From Podarcis pityusensis (lineage: Eukaryota): a stretch of DNA of 64,000 nt. Within the stretch, counting starts at the first letter, position 1; each line of letters begins with the position of its first letter. Below are positions 36,201-48,953 of this stretch, piece after piece. The position numbers and the translations under genes are program-made. The notes under the pieces were generated by a model. The model was not told the DNA's origin. It searched no databases and saw nothing but the letters and a program-made list of their open reading frames with translations. The stretch lies in NCBI GenBank assembly GCA_964106645.2, contig OZ067039.1, one strand, 5' to 3'.

Positions 36201-39200
36201 TTTTACTTTACTATCAAAAGGGACTTGTATAAATTATTTTGTTGTTAAATTTGTGTGTGTGTGTGTTTTTTTAGTGTATTGTCTGACTCTGCTATTCAAT
36301 TTTTAAAAAGCTATTCTGGAACCATTTAATGTATCTTTTTAGATTTGATTTTCAAGAATAGCATCACACTTGACATGTCAAATATTACTCTTCCTTTCCT
36401 ATAGCATATATAGCATGCATGCCCATGTTAGAATGAATGCCATTATTGCAGAGATTTGTCTATTCTACTCTTTGTACAGGGCTTATCAGTATTTTCAAAT
36501 GCTTAATACATAAATAACAGAAACAAACAAATAAATATCTATTTACTTTTGGCCTGGCTAAACATGTCCAGACTTCCTTAAACCTTCTAGCAGCTGGAGA
36601 ATGGAAGTAAGAAACAAGAACATAGTTCAATGGCCATCTGGTTTTTACTTACTTGCTTTGTAGCGGTAGAGACAATGGCTAAACCAAATGGATTTCCTCC
36701 GCAGTTTGGCACTAGCTAAGGCCCGTACCAGCTGCTCCCCCATTATCACCTTTTAAAGTGTGCAAGGCTGCCTCGGTCTTGCAAGTGGGCAGCATTTGTG
36801 CCGACATGTCATTTATAACAAGCTATGCAAGTAACCAGAGCCAACTGTTATGTGAAAGCACTAGCTCTCACAAACAGGGTCTAAAACCTGACAGTGGTCC
36901 TCCCTGAATCCCAGAGCGATTGTTTGGTGACACTACTTTGCTAGTCCTAGGTTGTATATGCAAAATTACATTCTATGTTGCAGGTGCAGTTCATATGCTC
37001 AAGGTGATTCCGAGGAGGTTGGCTAGATAATTCTACAGATTCACTAGAGCAGAGTTGCAGCTTTTGTCCTGACAAATGCTAATTCACTGATACCAGCTCC
37101 CTCTGAGCCACACTGGATATTCTAAAGAAGCACACTTCCTCTCCCCATGTTTCCATGTCTCACACAAAGCAGGGTAGATTGGCTCTGCCCTTCATAGATA
37201 TTTTCCCGACTGTGTTTGTTCCTGCAGTGGAAGAACACCCAGCTCACCCATGGGGGTGAATATGCACCACACCCCTTTGGATGAGATCTAGGAGAATGGA
37301 AAAGGGGAAGTTTGGCTTCCTCTCTCTTGCCACTTCTACAGCACGCCTGGCATGGCTCTTGGTCTGTTCATAGTGTTTGAGCAGCTTTGTAGTGCTTCTT
37401 ATTAGTAACTGTAACTTCCTAATTCTGAATTTTAAATTATTTGTAACCTGCCTTGGGATCTGCTGGTGAAGGGCCTGTGATAAATTTAACAACAACAATT
37501 GCAGAGACATATAATCTGTTTTAAGAACAAAAGTCCTACTGAAGTCAAGTTGCAGGGTTCTGCTGCTCAAACTGGTTCAAGTGCCCTTGGTATGTAAAGT
37601 GTGGTTGGTATGTAAAGTTAGGGCAGAAGAGGATGTGCCAGATGCAAACAGGGAGCTGAAATGAACAAGTAAAGCTCCATGAACCCTGCAGCAATCCCAG
37701 CAAAGCATAACTGCTATTAACCTCACCCTTGGAACAAGACCGAACAAATAAGCCCCTAGCAATATCCTTTCTTCTTGCTGAGCAAGATTGATTGAAAAAC
37801 AAATTGGCGCAAATAAGGCATGAAATTAGATTAAAGCCTCTCACTTGGGGCTGCCAGGACGGAAATCAAGACTTGGGCAGGCTTCTGTGGGAGCCGAAGC
37901 ACCATTAATAAATCTGTCTGTGGCCCCTCCTTGTCCCCACAGCCTTACAGCCCAATAGAATATACTCATAGCCACCACAGTATTATAATCAAGCAGAAAG
38001 AGTTTTCTTGTTCATGGGTTGCCAAATGATAGTTCATGAGGGTGTACTTGTGAACTGCTGTGTGCAGGCAAATTTAAGAGTTCCTGAGTACAGCTCCCTT
38101 TAAGGAATACAACCCTGCTGATTTCAGATCTGCCCAGTTAAAAGCAGGAATAGGAAACCAACTTGATGAGATTTTTCCTACTGTCTGAACACAGGGCAGA
38201 TTTTCTGCCTTAACTGTCATTCGCAGATGACGGGGTAGACAAACAGGAAGAAGAAACAAGTTAAAGGTGAGTTGAATCTTTTAGAAATCTTGAAAGATGG
38301 TGGGTAGCAGAGGGAGGAGCACACAATCAACTGTGAGCTCATGCTCCCTGGGCTCCCCAAATTACCCCCAAACAACAATTGTCCAAGTATTCAGCTCACC
38401 CTTCCAAGGGCTGGAATACACCTCCCATCTTTCAATCCAATGCAAGTCCAACTGTGCAAGACTTTAGCATATGAAAAGAAGCAGCAAAATACTTGTCCAA
38501 GGATAGACAGAAAATAGTATGTTGTCAAGAGTGGGACAATGAGTTGAACTGGATGCCACGGGGACTGTAGAAGTTTCTGTTTCTTGAGTGACAGCAGTAC
38601 TTCTTTAAAATTCTTATTCACCCTTCAGAGGCTTCTAGAAGCAGAGAACATACTGCTGGGGCTCCAGAAAGGAAACTGATACCATCACACTGAAACTGGG
38701 TTTAAGAAAACAAAAAAGGAAGGTGGGTTACACTTCAGTCCTGGCCATCAGGGGTTCACACATTTTGTCTGGTCTAGATAGCCTGCTAAAATTTGTGATT
38801 GTCAGATTCCTGACCCTTCACTAGCAGGGGAGGGGCAGTGTCTTACCGCTTATGTGTTCTAGAAAACAGTGGAGGCACATGATACAATAACCTTGATTAA
38901 GCAAAGCAGTTCTGATCCTTGTCAGTGCCTGCATGGCACACTGATTTTGAATCCATGTATGTTACCTTTCATCCCATCACAGAACAAAAACAAGGCATAC
39001 AGGTAATAAAACAACTATGTTGAGCTTCAGAGGCAATCCAGGCACTTGGAAGCGTGGTGTGAGATAATGGATGATCCACTGCCTTTCTGTACTGAGCTTC
39101 AAGCTCCAGAGAAGAGCTGGAGCACATCCATATTGCACTGCACTTCCAAGAGTAGCAAATCCAGAGTAATACAACCAGTTTAAGAGAAGGGACTTGCACA

Positions 39201-39365
39201 AGTAATTGATGGCAGACTCTGCTCAATAGATTTTCACTACACAAAATTTCATTCATGTTTCCTGGTTCACCCCACAGCTAAAAGTGCAAACTGCCTATGT
39301 GACATTCATAAAGCCAATCTTGAAGTGAAATCATTATACCATCTTTGGTTCCCACCTACTGTTTA

Positions 39366-39603
39366 CAGTGGTACCTCGGGATGCGAACGGGATCCGTTCC
39401 GGAGCCCGGTTTGCATCCTGAATGGAACATAAGACATGATGCCGCGTCTGCGTCTTCCATGCATGCGCATGACGTTATTTTGATGGTCTGCACATGCGTG
39501 AGCGGCGAAACCTGGAAGTAACACGCTCCGTTACTTCCGGGTTGCCGTGGAGCGCAACCTGAAAGCGCTCAACCTGAAGCACATTCAACCCGAGGTATGA
39601 CTG
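39366..39603. mobile_element. Tc1/mariner-like MITE, 238 bp
   Basis: TA|CAGTGGTACCTCGGG ... CCCGAGGTATGACTG|TA; CpG-rich interior. Confidence 0.85.
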
Positions 39604-40539
39604 TATTTGGGTTGGGTTGGGGAGTAAATTTACATATGGGACCTCCCTTCGGAACAAACATTTTATTTTTAAATCATGCATCAACCCCTTTCTCACCCCC
39701 ACCCCAAAACGATGATACAATTATTGGGAATTAGAATAGTATTGTAAAAGAATTGTGGGAAAGTGGCATATTAAAAATGCACATCTATTTTAAATGACAA
39801 TTAAGAATTTCTACTATATGGAAGTGTTTCAGAGGAGAATGGAATGCAGTTGTCAAGGGTACCCACACCTGCTTCCTTCCCTTCTAGCTTCTATCAAGAT
39901 GCCCTATTGTGGAAAAGCAGCCATATCCACCCGCAAAACCAAAACAGAATGAAAGGGCTCAAACCCAGAGGTGGCGGTGGGGTGTACAAAGGACTTTGCT
40001 TGATGTTTGACAGCAAGGCATAGCCCCCAGTGGGCGCCTTCTAACCCTTGTCATGACCTTCGGCTCCCTCCATTGTAAAGGGGCTCCATTGTGAAGTGTT
40101 CTTGCTGAAAGCAAGGGGATAGCGTTAACTTGCTGAATGCCATTTTGGGGTCTCTCCCATTAGGGTATGAAGGCAGGAAGGACAAGGAGCAGCCAAGATG
40201 TTTTGTTATTAAAGCATGAGCGTACTGCTTAGCACCGGAGTATCTCATTCAAAGCCCACTGCGGCAGCATCTGTCTCCCCCACTTTGCTGCTTCATCCTA
40301 TCAGAGCTCAAATGGAGGTGTCACAAGGTACCTCACATTTCAGAAAGCAAGGAAACTGGAATCCAACAGAATCCAGCAATGTGATAACAATAGGGGCAGG
40401 GATGGGAAGCCTGTGGTCCTTCGGATGTTGTTGGATAATGACCATGGTAAATGGTCAGATATGATGCAAGTTGTAATCCAACAACATCTGGAGAGCTAAA
40501 GGTTCCCTGCTAGGGAATACTTCCTGTGCATTTTCAACT

Positions 40540-40950
40540 ACATTTCTGATTTTTCTACTGAGATGCTGCAACATAGTCTCAAGTTCAGTGTGATCAAAAA
40601 CAAACTTCTCATCTTTCCTCCCAAGCCATCATCTCTTTGTCCGTTACCAGTGTCACCATCCACCCAGTTGACCAGGCACAAAGCCTTGGTGTTCTATTTG
40701 ATACTCCCCTTCCCTTTGCCTCCCAAAATTATTCAGCTCTCTCAAAACTTTGACTTTTTGGCCCTCATCTTTAAATCCATTCTTGTCTTCAGCGTTCAAA
40801 ACCTTCCATAGCCTCATCTGTCCTTGTCTCTGCACATATTTTGCAAGAGATCATTTTGTCTAGCTCTACCATCCTCAGCCATTCAAAGGTATCCTTGCTA
40901 CCTGAAGTAACATTTTCCCTTGCTGCTCCTTATGACTGGAACTTCCTCCC
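40540..40950 (+). mobile_element. Ancient L2 LINE fragment (3' part of ORF2)
   Basis: ORF 40563-40811 begins MLQHSLKFSVIKNKLLIFPPKPSS, resembling the L2 ORF2 motif LKLN.SKTELLIFPPKP; downstream ccatccacccagttgaccaggcacaaagccttggtgttctatttgat resembles TI.PV.QAR.LGV.FD in another frame. Confidence 0.75.
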
Positions 40951-41037
40951 ACATGGGACTTACTACCAAGAAACAAGCATAGGATTGAGCGTCCCCATGC
41001 ATATTTGTACTAGTTGTATGCCTTTCACATGACAAGT

Positions 41038-41205
41038 GGCAGAGCCATAGCTATGGAGGTAGCCAGGTTTTTTTGCCCTGGGTGAAGCCTCCAGAGGGGT
41101 GCCATTGAGGTTCCCTGTCTCTCTCTGTGTGTGTACCCAAATGCGCATGGGAGGGGGTACCAAAATGAGTCTTTGACCTGGGTGAAATAAAGCCTAGTTT
41201 CTTCC
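41038..41205. mobile_element. Degenerate DNA-transposon (hAT-like) MITE
   Basis: cagagccatagct...ttttgccctgggtgaa...tttgacctgggtgaaataaagcctag; repeated TTTG(C/A)CCTGGGTGAA subterminal motif. Confidence 0.4.
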
Positions 41206-43080
41206 CTTCAAGTGTCTAGATAGAGTCTGGCAGGTAGCCCTGTCAGAAAAACTAACTTGCCATGCCCAGCTTGCAGGGGGGGACCACAAAAAAGACTCAT
41301 TCTATGCTATATGACACACATTCATTGACTTTATCAACAAACAGTGGGATTTATGCCTACTCCCAACAGCCCATACAACTTTCTGGAGAGGTCTAATCCT
41401 TCATGTAGCTGATCCTGTGTAAAATGACAATCCCCATGCAAATGTTAATTAAATGTCTTTTCATGTTAAAAGTTTAATAAAAATATTTGTTGGGGTGTGT
41501 GTGGAAATTGTGCTGGTTGCATGTCAGATGAAATAACTCTAAACCACCAGCCTACAGTATTGTTCTAATCTGAATTGTCATGTATTTAATTTAGAACATG
41601 AATTTGTATTTTACAAAGTCTAACAATGCTAGCGGCAAGGTCAGTCAACATAGCCATTCCAGAGTCACAGTGGTTCGCCTTCCTGATTATCAGGAAAATT
41701 ACCAGAGTTTTCTCCCCACCTTCTCTCTCCTACCCCCATTTCTCTCAGCTAAAGTGTTTATGGAACTGCAAAATGAGGAAATCGAAAGGCCAAATGCAGC
41801 CCATCTCCAGGGGCAGAGAAAGAATGTTCCCTACAGTATGGCCTCTGGGCTGTTGTCCTGCCCAGCTTAGGTCAGTCCAAGCATTTGCGTAACTGCATTA
41901 TATCACAGCTGCTGCAAATGAAGCACACAGATAGCCAAGATAGAGCAGGTCATATCTTACACTATTCTGCTCCTATACTTTGTGAGAAATCCTAGGAACA
42001 TGATAAGACCTACAGGAAACCCTAGCCCTACAACAGAGCAAAGAATTTTTTCCAGTTATTATTTCCAGTAGCTGCCCAGGGTATACAGATTAGCCTTTTG
42101 AGCAGCAGCAGTTCTAGAATCCAGGAAAGAATTTGCAGCCAGAAATGAATGACGCTAACAGCAACTAGTAGGGAAAACTGGCAAGGCAGGATGCTGGTGC
42201 ACCAGAAGAGAGGTAAGTCGTGCTGAACTTCGTAATGTGGCTCACAGGCCAAGTTTACCATATGGAATAATTCATTTAAGTCAATGAAGGTTTGTTTAGC
42301 TGAAACAATCCATGTCTACAATCACAGTTGGAATGCACTAAATCAGGGCTAGGCAAACTTCAGGGCTGGGGGCCATATTGGTAGGGGGCTGCATACCACT
42401 GGTGGTCAGGGCCAAGGCCAAAAAGTGGGCATGGCCACTCCCACTCCCCCTTTTCTCTCTCTCTCTCTTTCTCTCTCCTCTTCATCAATCCATCCCCCTC
42501 TTCTCTCTCTGACATGCACAGACGTGCACACACACACATCCCTCACACAGACATGGATGGTGTGCCTGTTTCTCAGCCAAATTCCTGCCTGGTCAGCCCC
42601 TTCAGAGTGAATGTCAGAGCATCTTCTAGTCATCTCATCCAACAATACAATCCTCTGCTTGAAGCCAGAGCTATATTCCCATTCAGTAGCCCTCCACAGA
42701 TATACCTGCTGCATAAGCCAGAGGCCAATGTGCTAGGAACAGAGCAAACAGACCACAGAAAAGTGCTTACATAGCAAACAGATTGAGATGACTCAAACAA
42801 ACAGCCATAACATACGCAGACATACAAGCAAAAGCAAAAACGCACCCTGGAATCATTACATTTTTGGGGTAACATTTCTCAATTTATAGATTGATTCTCT
42901 ACCACAAAAGTGACAAGTAAAGGAGTGCACAATCATTATAAAACCTGCAGTACTACCACTAACAAAGGCACAATACTAGGACAACAGGCACATCCCCACA
43001 GTGCAGCTACACTTAGAATGTAACTGTAGAAAGAAACAGCAAAAACCAACTCCTTGGTTACTTACTATACTGTGAAAAGT

Positions 43081-43112
43081 GAAAGAAAGAAAAGAAAGAA
43101 AGAAAGAGAGAA

Positions 43113-43145
<33 letters not shown>

Positions 43146-43146
43146 A
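43081..43146. repeat. Compound (GAAA)n/(GA)n polypurine tract
   Basis: Seen directly. Confidence 0.9.
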
Positions 43147-43924
43147 GCAACGTATTAAAAACTGCCAGAAAAATGGCAGCAAAAGAGCCAACTGCTGGCA
43201 GAGCATTCCACAGGATGGGCTACATCAGTAGGATATAGAGGCCCTAAGACAAAGTTTTTCCCAACCCAAAAATTTCAGATGGACTGCAGCACCCATCCAA
43301 AATGTTCAGTTCCAAAATGCTGGGGGTAGTTGACCTAGCCTGTACCCTGGTTTAAAGTTCATCACTCATACTGCTAACTGGGCCCAGAAGCTAACAGGAA
43401 GCCAGCAAAGCTAGAAGCAATTTTACCAAGACCTGTCATGAGTAACCTGTCAAAGATGAACTGCAGCATATCATACTCCCCCAAACTTCCCAAGTGTTTT
43501 TGAAGGTGCACTGCAATAACCAACGTGAGAGATTAAATCCTTGTCTAAGCAGCCACACGGCTATCCCATGAATTGCCCACCTGCCCATTGCTACCCTCCA
43601 GCAGCAAGACAGGGTCTAGGAGCAGAATTATAAAATGAGAGGGAAGTAGAAAATGTCCAGGTTGCTCAGCTTAAAATGTCCAGCAAGGCTGCTGGCTCAA
43701 AATGTTGGCAAAGAGCAATTTTATAAAAGCAAATGAATTTTAATTGCTTTTCCAGTCAAATGCAGATGTTATATAACTAAAGCAAACCCTGGTGCAGAAC
43801 CAGCAATGGCAATGTTTTCTCTCTTTCACACTAAAGCTGGTCTTGGCTCGTGATCCATTTGAGATTTCTCTACAAAATATACATTCCCCTTTCTTTCAGA
43901 TTTGGAGCCACTTTCAACTTGAGC

Positions 43925-44130
43925 ATTTATTTATATCCTGCCGTTCCTCCAAGGAGCTTGATTCCCCACATTGGCATTCATTCCCACATTTTATTATTCC
44001 AACGACCCTGTTTGGCAGATTAAACCTCGAGATAAGTGACAGGCCCAAGGTCACCCAGCGAGTTTCATGACTGAGGATTTGAAACTGAATGTTGCCGTCT
44101 GACCAGAGCACTCTATCCACAACAACACAC
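43925..44130 (-). mobile_element. MIR-like / L2-dependent core SINE
   Basis: Reverse complement gtgtgttgttgtggatagagtgctctgg...tttcaaatcctcagtcatgaaactcgctgggtgaccttgggcctgtcactt...ggatataaataaat shows a tRNA-like head, core and AT-rich tail. Confidence 0.7.
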
Positions 44131-45651
44131 TCACTCTTGAAGAAGTGCGGCAAAGTGATTCTGACCAATGGGCTGCTACATATAACTTCCATCCAGATTT
44201 CTTCTTTTGGACTGCAATGTTCAGACAGCCCTCAGATTGCATTTAGGGGTGGCTGTGCCATCACCTGCACTTATGCCAAGTGACATGTAGCCAAGACAGT
44301 GTTGTGGACTTCTGGGGAAGTGTGCAATGATGGAATCTGAAAGGTGCCACACTCCCAAGTGGGCTAGGCAGTCAAATAAAAATGATAAAATACGGGAGCT
44401 CATCCTCTCTGACTAAAGTGGTGCTTAAAAACGTCAATAAAATTGCTACTGAAGGGATATCATGCACTTAGGGACCCACCGCCAATCAGATTGTTCAGTT
44501 TGGCTGAACTTTCCTTGTGCTTTTAAAGAGAAGGCGCCTTGTGCTGCAATCTGCTTCTGAAAAGATGGATTGTTCCATTGAAAATGATATACGCAGGGGA
44601 ATGAATAAATAATAATTTTTTAAAATTTAGGAATCCAGGAGATACTGTTGCAAGTTTGAATGTTTACTACTCTCTCTCCACCCTGTAAATACTTTTCTGT
44701 GAAAAGAGAATAAAAACTTGCACTTCTATAGCTTTTAACCTAAACTGAAAGTAGCAGATGACAACAAGAATAAATGAGTACCACAACAGTGATGTTGCTA
44801 ATGTTCCTTAAAAGATACAATAATAGCATATTTAAACAGCTGGTTCTTTACTTCCATCTGTTTGTCAAATTTGTTCTGCTCAAGGTCAGGCTACCCACAA
44901 GACTGTAAAATACCCAACCAAAGGTAATACATTACAGGCATCTCCTCACTTACACAGGGTTTACATTCCCAGGTACTGCAAATATACAAGAAATCACATA
45001 TAGTGGGGGACACCATCTGAAATGCCTGTAAACACCCTCTAAACCTCTGGAAACTCTTGAAAATCCCTTTAAAAAGCCAGCAGCACTTACCAAACTGGCA
45101 TGAATGGTGGAAATGGGGGCTCTCATTTTTCCTCATCGCTAGAGGATGATGTTGAAAAAATGACAAAGGGGGCATCCTGAAGTACCAAACTCCACAAAAT
45201 CCGCCAAACTCCACCACAATCACTCCCTCCAAAGCTTTCTCTCAAACTCCAACTCTCCACAGGCCCCAAAGGTTGGTGCAAAGACTTCTGGGATTGCTAG
45301 CCATTCTTTTCACACATTTTTTTTGCCTTTTTCGTGTCTTTTTGCAGTTGAAATCTATGTACTTAATTCTTTCTCAGAGCCTTTTTTTTATACAATACTA
45401 CACAAACACTATTTCTTTTGCTAGGTAATAACCCGTTCTTGACATTTAATGTTAATTATTTTATTGTTAAATGAAAAAAAAACCAAATATTATGCTTATG
45501 AACTCCCCCTCACCTACAGGAAAAAGCCTTGCATAAGTTTCAGTCCTGCTTACTTTGTTGTTGCTATAACTTGGGGAGCAGATCTATCTTGTTTTTGGAA
45601 CAGGATATCCCCCCCCCCGACAGTCTGAACAGGTTAAAAAGTATAACATAC

Positions 45652-45705
45652 CTGCAGGTTCTTCTGTGCTACTGGCCACAGTGGTGGGAGGAACAACAGG
45701 TATCT
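45652..45705 (-). CDS. NTN1: Netrin-1 54-nt coding exon (exon 5), Pro/Thr/Ser-rich linker between LE3 and the NTR/C345C domain
   Basis: Not in the ORF track. Minus strand reads tcttctttaccacag|AG ATA CCT GTT GTT CCT CCC ACC ACT GTG GCC AGT AGC ACA GAA GAA CCT GCA G|gtatgt = (K)IPVVPPTTVASSTEEPA(D). It keeps frame with both neighbours and resembles the human linker KIPVAPPTTAASSVEEPED. Confidence 0.95.
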
Positions 45706-46828
45706 CTGTGGTAAAGAAGAAAAGGCAAACAAGGGAAGGATAAACAAGAAAAGGTAAAAGTTGTTACTCTCTCCAGGAATGAACGTTTTCACAAGACAAG
45801 TTCAAAAGTTGTCAGGAAAAAAAGGCGATTGTGCAAATGAACCTTCAGGGACCAGAGAGGGGGTTCAGCAAGTGTGTGCATGTACATTTTAGTGCAGCAC
45901 TAACCTAGAGTTCGCCTTCACTAAGCACATCTAGTTATGTCCATCTAAATATCATAGCAAACAATGTCTCCAATGATTTTGATGTAATCAGGACTCCATC
46001 AGAGAAGAGAAAGACATATATTTTCCGGAGCCATATTTGGTTCTAGGAACAATCTCATTTCAGTTCCTTGAAGTGAGTTCTAGAGTCTCATACTGTATGA
46101 GATGAAGAGGGTCCATAATCAGACGTTTCTCACATCTTTTATCTTATTTTAAAGAATCTGTAGGGAGAGGCCAGCTGCAGTGAGGTTCCTGCATCATATG
46201 CCTTCAGACCATAAATACTCCATAACAGTGTAAGAGCATGAAATTTTCGTGACTATTCCAGATTATCAGAAATGCATCCTGAGAAGTTATTCAAAGACTT
46301 GATTCTTTCAACCATGACCTTATTTATTTTTGCATTAGTATTAAGGAAACAGGGTAATGGCCATTATATGGCTGTTCTGTGTTTCTTTTTGGCTTTTCAA
46401 AGTTGCTTTGGTCTTTGATTCCTTTTTCTCTGTATGACAGAGACAGAACCAACTGCTTTGGTATGAAAGTTGCTCTGAACAATGATGGAACCCGGGCTGT
46501 CTAATGCTTTTAGGAGGAAAACATTGACTACGCCCAAACATGATTTTAATCAAACATAATTAAAAAACAGTAGTAGTTTATTGCTGGCATTGCTAGAAAA
46601 AATGGTTCTGCAACACAGAAAATCATGTTTTGAACTTTGAAACCTTTTGTTTAAGTGGGAACTTGTCCTTGCATCACCTTACTTGTGTGATCAATAAGAT
46701 ATCTGTATAATTCATCCATATATTTATATACATAGAGACATGCAAAATTCAACCTGGACATACAACACACAGGGCCACTGCACAAATTACAGCTTTAATG
46801 GGTATACATTACACAGTTTCACTGTGTA

Positions 46829-47195
46829 CAGTGGTGCCCCGCAAGACGAATGCCTCGCAAGACGGAAAACTCGCTAGACGAAAGAGTTTTCCGTTTTGGA
46901 GGTGCTTCGCAAAACGAAGCTCCTATGGGCTTGCTTCGCAAGACGAAAATGTCTTGCGAGTTCCTGCGGGTTTTTTTTCCTCCCCCCCCCCTTTTTCTAA
47001 GCCGCTAAGCCACTTATCTGCTTATCCGATAAGCTGATAAGCCGCTAAAAGCCGCTAAAAGCCGCTAAAAGCCGCTAAAAGCCGCTAATAGCGCTAATCC
47101 GCTAATCTGTCAATGGGCTTGCTTCGCAAGACGAAAAAACCGCTAGACGAAGAGACTCACAGAACGGATTCTTTTCGTCTTGCGAGGCACCACTG
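46829..47195. mobile_element. Tc1/mariner-like MITE, 367 bp, carrying an internal 10-bp minisatellite
   Basis: TA|CAGTGGTGCCCCGCAAGACGAA ... TTCGTCTTGCGAGGCACCACTG|TA (22-bp TIR, 1 mismatch); (GCCGCTAAAA)4 at 47041-47080. Confidence 0.9.
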
Positions 47196-47474
47196 TACTC
47201 ACTAAACCTATCCTAGTTTCCAGGTTCATATATGTCTTTCCTTGCTATTAGCCCCAGCTCTTCACTGTGCATTTTCACTGCATAAGCGAGTTGAAATAGT
47301 GGTGGAAGTGAATGTGCCTTAAAACCTGAAGTTTTAGGTTCACAATGTGGACCTGTAACAACTACCCATGAAAACTGCAATGTGAAAAGTGGCCAACAGT
47401 ATCTCTAGCTAAATTAATTAAGTCTATCCAATCAGGTGTTAGTAAGCAGACCAGATTTAAGATCCATTACATTA

Positions 47475-47741
<267 letters not shown>

Positions 47742-48451
47742 TCAACTAGCAAGAGTATCTAAAGACAGCAAGATTTTTTTGTAGCAGAGCTATAGGAATG
47801 AGGTGAGAGCAGCCAGTGCCCTGGACTGCAGGTATCATCTCATTCTTATAGCAGTGCTCTATAAGCACAGCAACTTTCCCCAGAAAATCTGAAAGCAACA
47901 TGATGGACAATCAGTGCCAGCTACTACATTACACCACAAGGATTATACTTGTGGCCTAAAATGAATTTAAAAGTTTTAAAGCAGACATTTACTGCTGCTG
48001 AGTGGACTTGCCTAATGCCACACCTAGAATTATTTCCCCACCATTCAATTTCTGTACGTTTGCTCTTTGTTCAGTGCTTCAGGAAATATTCTGTTCCAGC
48101 CTCACTATCAACCTCCAATCATCACAGCTGGTGGGAGCAAGAAGAAGAGGAAGGGTTTCCTTTTCTCTTTAGAGGCCATTGAAACACCTGTTCTGTAACT
48201 GGAACAATAACTAAACTCAGCGGATTGTGGTGAATTCTCCTGGCTAAATTCCTGTTGAAGAGCATTCAGGGGGAGCTCTGCTGAATCAAACCAATGGTCC
48301 ATCATTAGCCAACAAGCGACAGCCATAAATTGTCAATAGCTAACCAGATGCCTCTTGAGAAGGCAAGCAAGGCATGAAAGCAATAACCCCACTCCTTTCC
48401 TACGGCAGCTGGCACTCGAGAGGCATACTGCCTTCGCAATCTAGTCAGGAA

Positions 48452-48635
48452 AGGGTTGTGGCTCAGTTGTAGAGCACATACATTACATGCTAGAAGGTCC
48501 AAAGTTCAATCCCCAGCACCTCCACATTGAGCTGAAAAAGACCCTGGCCTGAAACCCTAAACAGCTGCTGCCGGTTTGTGGTACATGATCTAGCTATATG
48601 GTGCAACTCAGTTTTAGATAGCTTCCTATGTTCCT
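48452..48635 (+). mobile_element. tRNA-derived SINE
   Basis: gggttgtggctcagttgtagagcac (A box)...aagttcaatcccc (B box)...cctgaaaccct...gcttcctatgttcct tail. Confidence 0.75.
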
Positions 48636-48641
48636 ATATAT

Positions 48642-48953
48642 CAGTGGCAAGGAACCTTTTCAGCCCAAGGGTTCTGTGACCCTTCTGATGGCCGCATGCC
48701 AGTAGGGGCAAGAGGCAAAAATGGACAGAGCAACAAATGTAAATTTTACTTTCTATATATAAGACATAAACGCCTCTCTATCCTCCAGCAGGACAAACAA
48801 TGCATTAGAGTTCAAGGGCACATTCCAGCCAGGCAAAAATACCGAGTGTTAAGCAGGGCCAGTGATGGGTGTGGCCTGGGGAGAGTTCCAGGGGCCAGAC
48901 AGAGAGGTCTGGAGGGCCACATTTGACCCCCTGGACCTGAGGTGCTCCACCTC
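48642..48953. mobile_element. hAT-like MITE
   Basis: cagtggcaaggaaccttttcagcccaaggg ... ggagggccacatttgaccccctggacctgaggtgctccacctct; hAT/Charlie-type termini with GGGCC subterminal motifs. Confidence 0.65.

Noticed and set aside
40250-40290. Plus-strand peptide KPTAAASVSPT resembling the netrin-1 linker
   Set aside because: Wrong strand and no splice sites; the true linker exon is 45652-45705 on the minus strand.
47001-47106. Short tandem array superficially like a CRISPR or iteron array
   Set aside because: Head-to-tail 10-bp units without unique spacers, inside a eukaryotic MITE; no cas or rep genes.
48452-48530. tRNA-like A-box/B-box sequence
   Set aside because: It is the head of a SINE continuing into the family body and tail; it does not form a complete cloverleaf.
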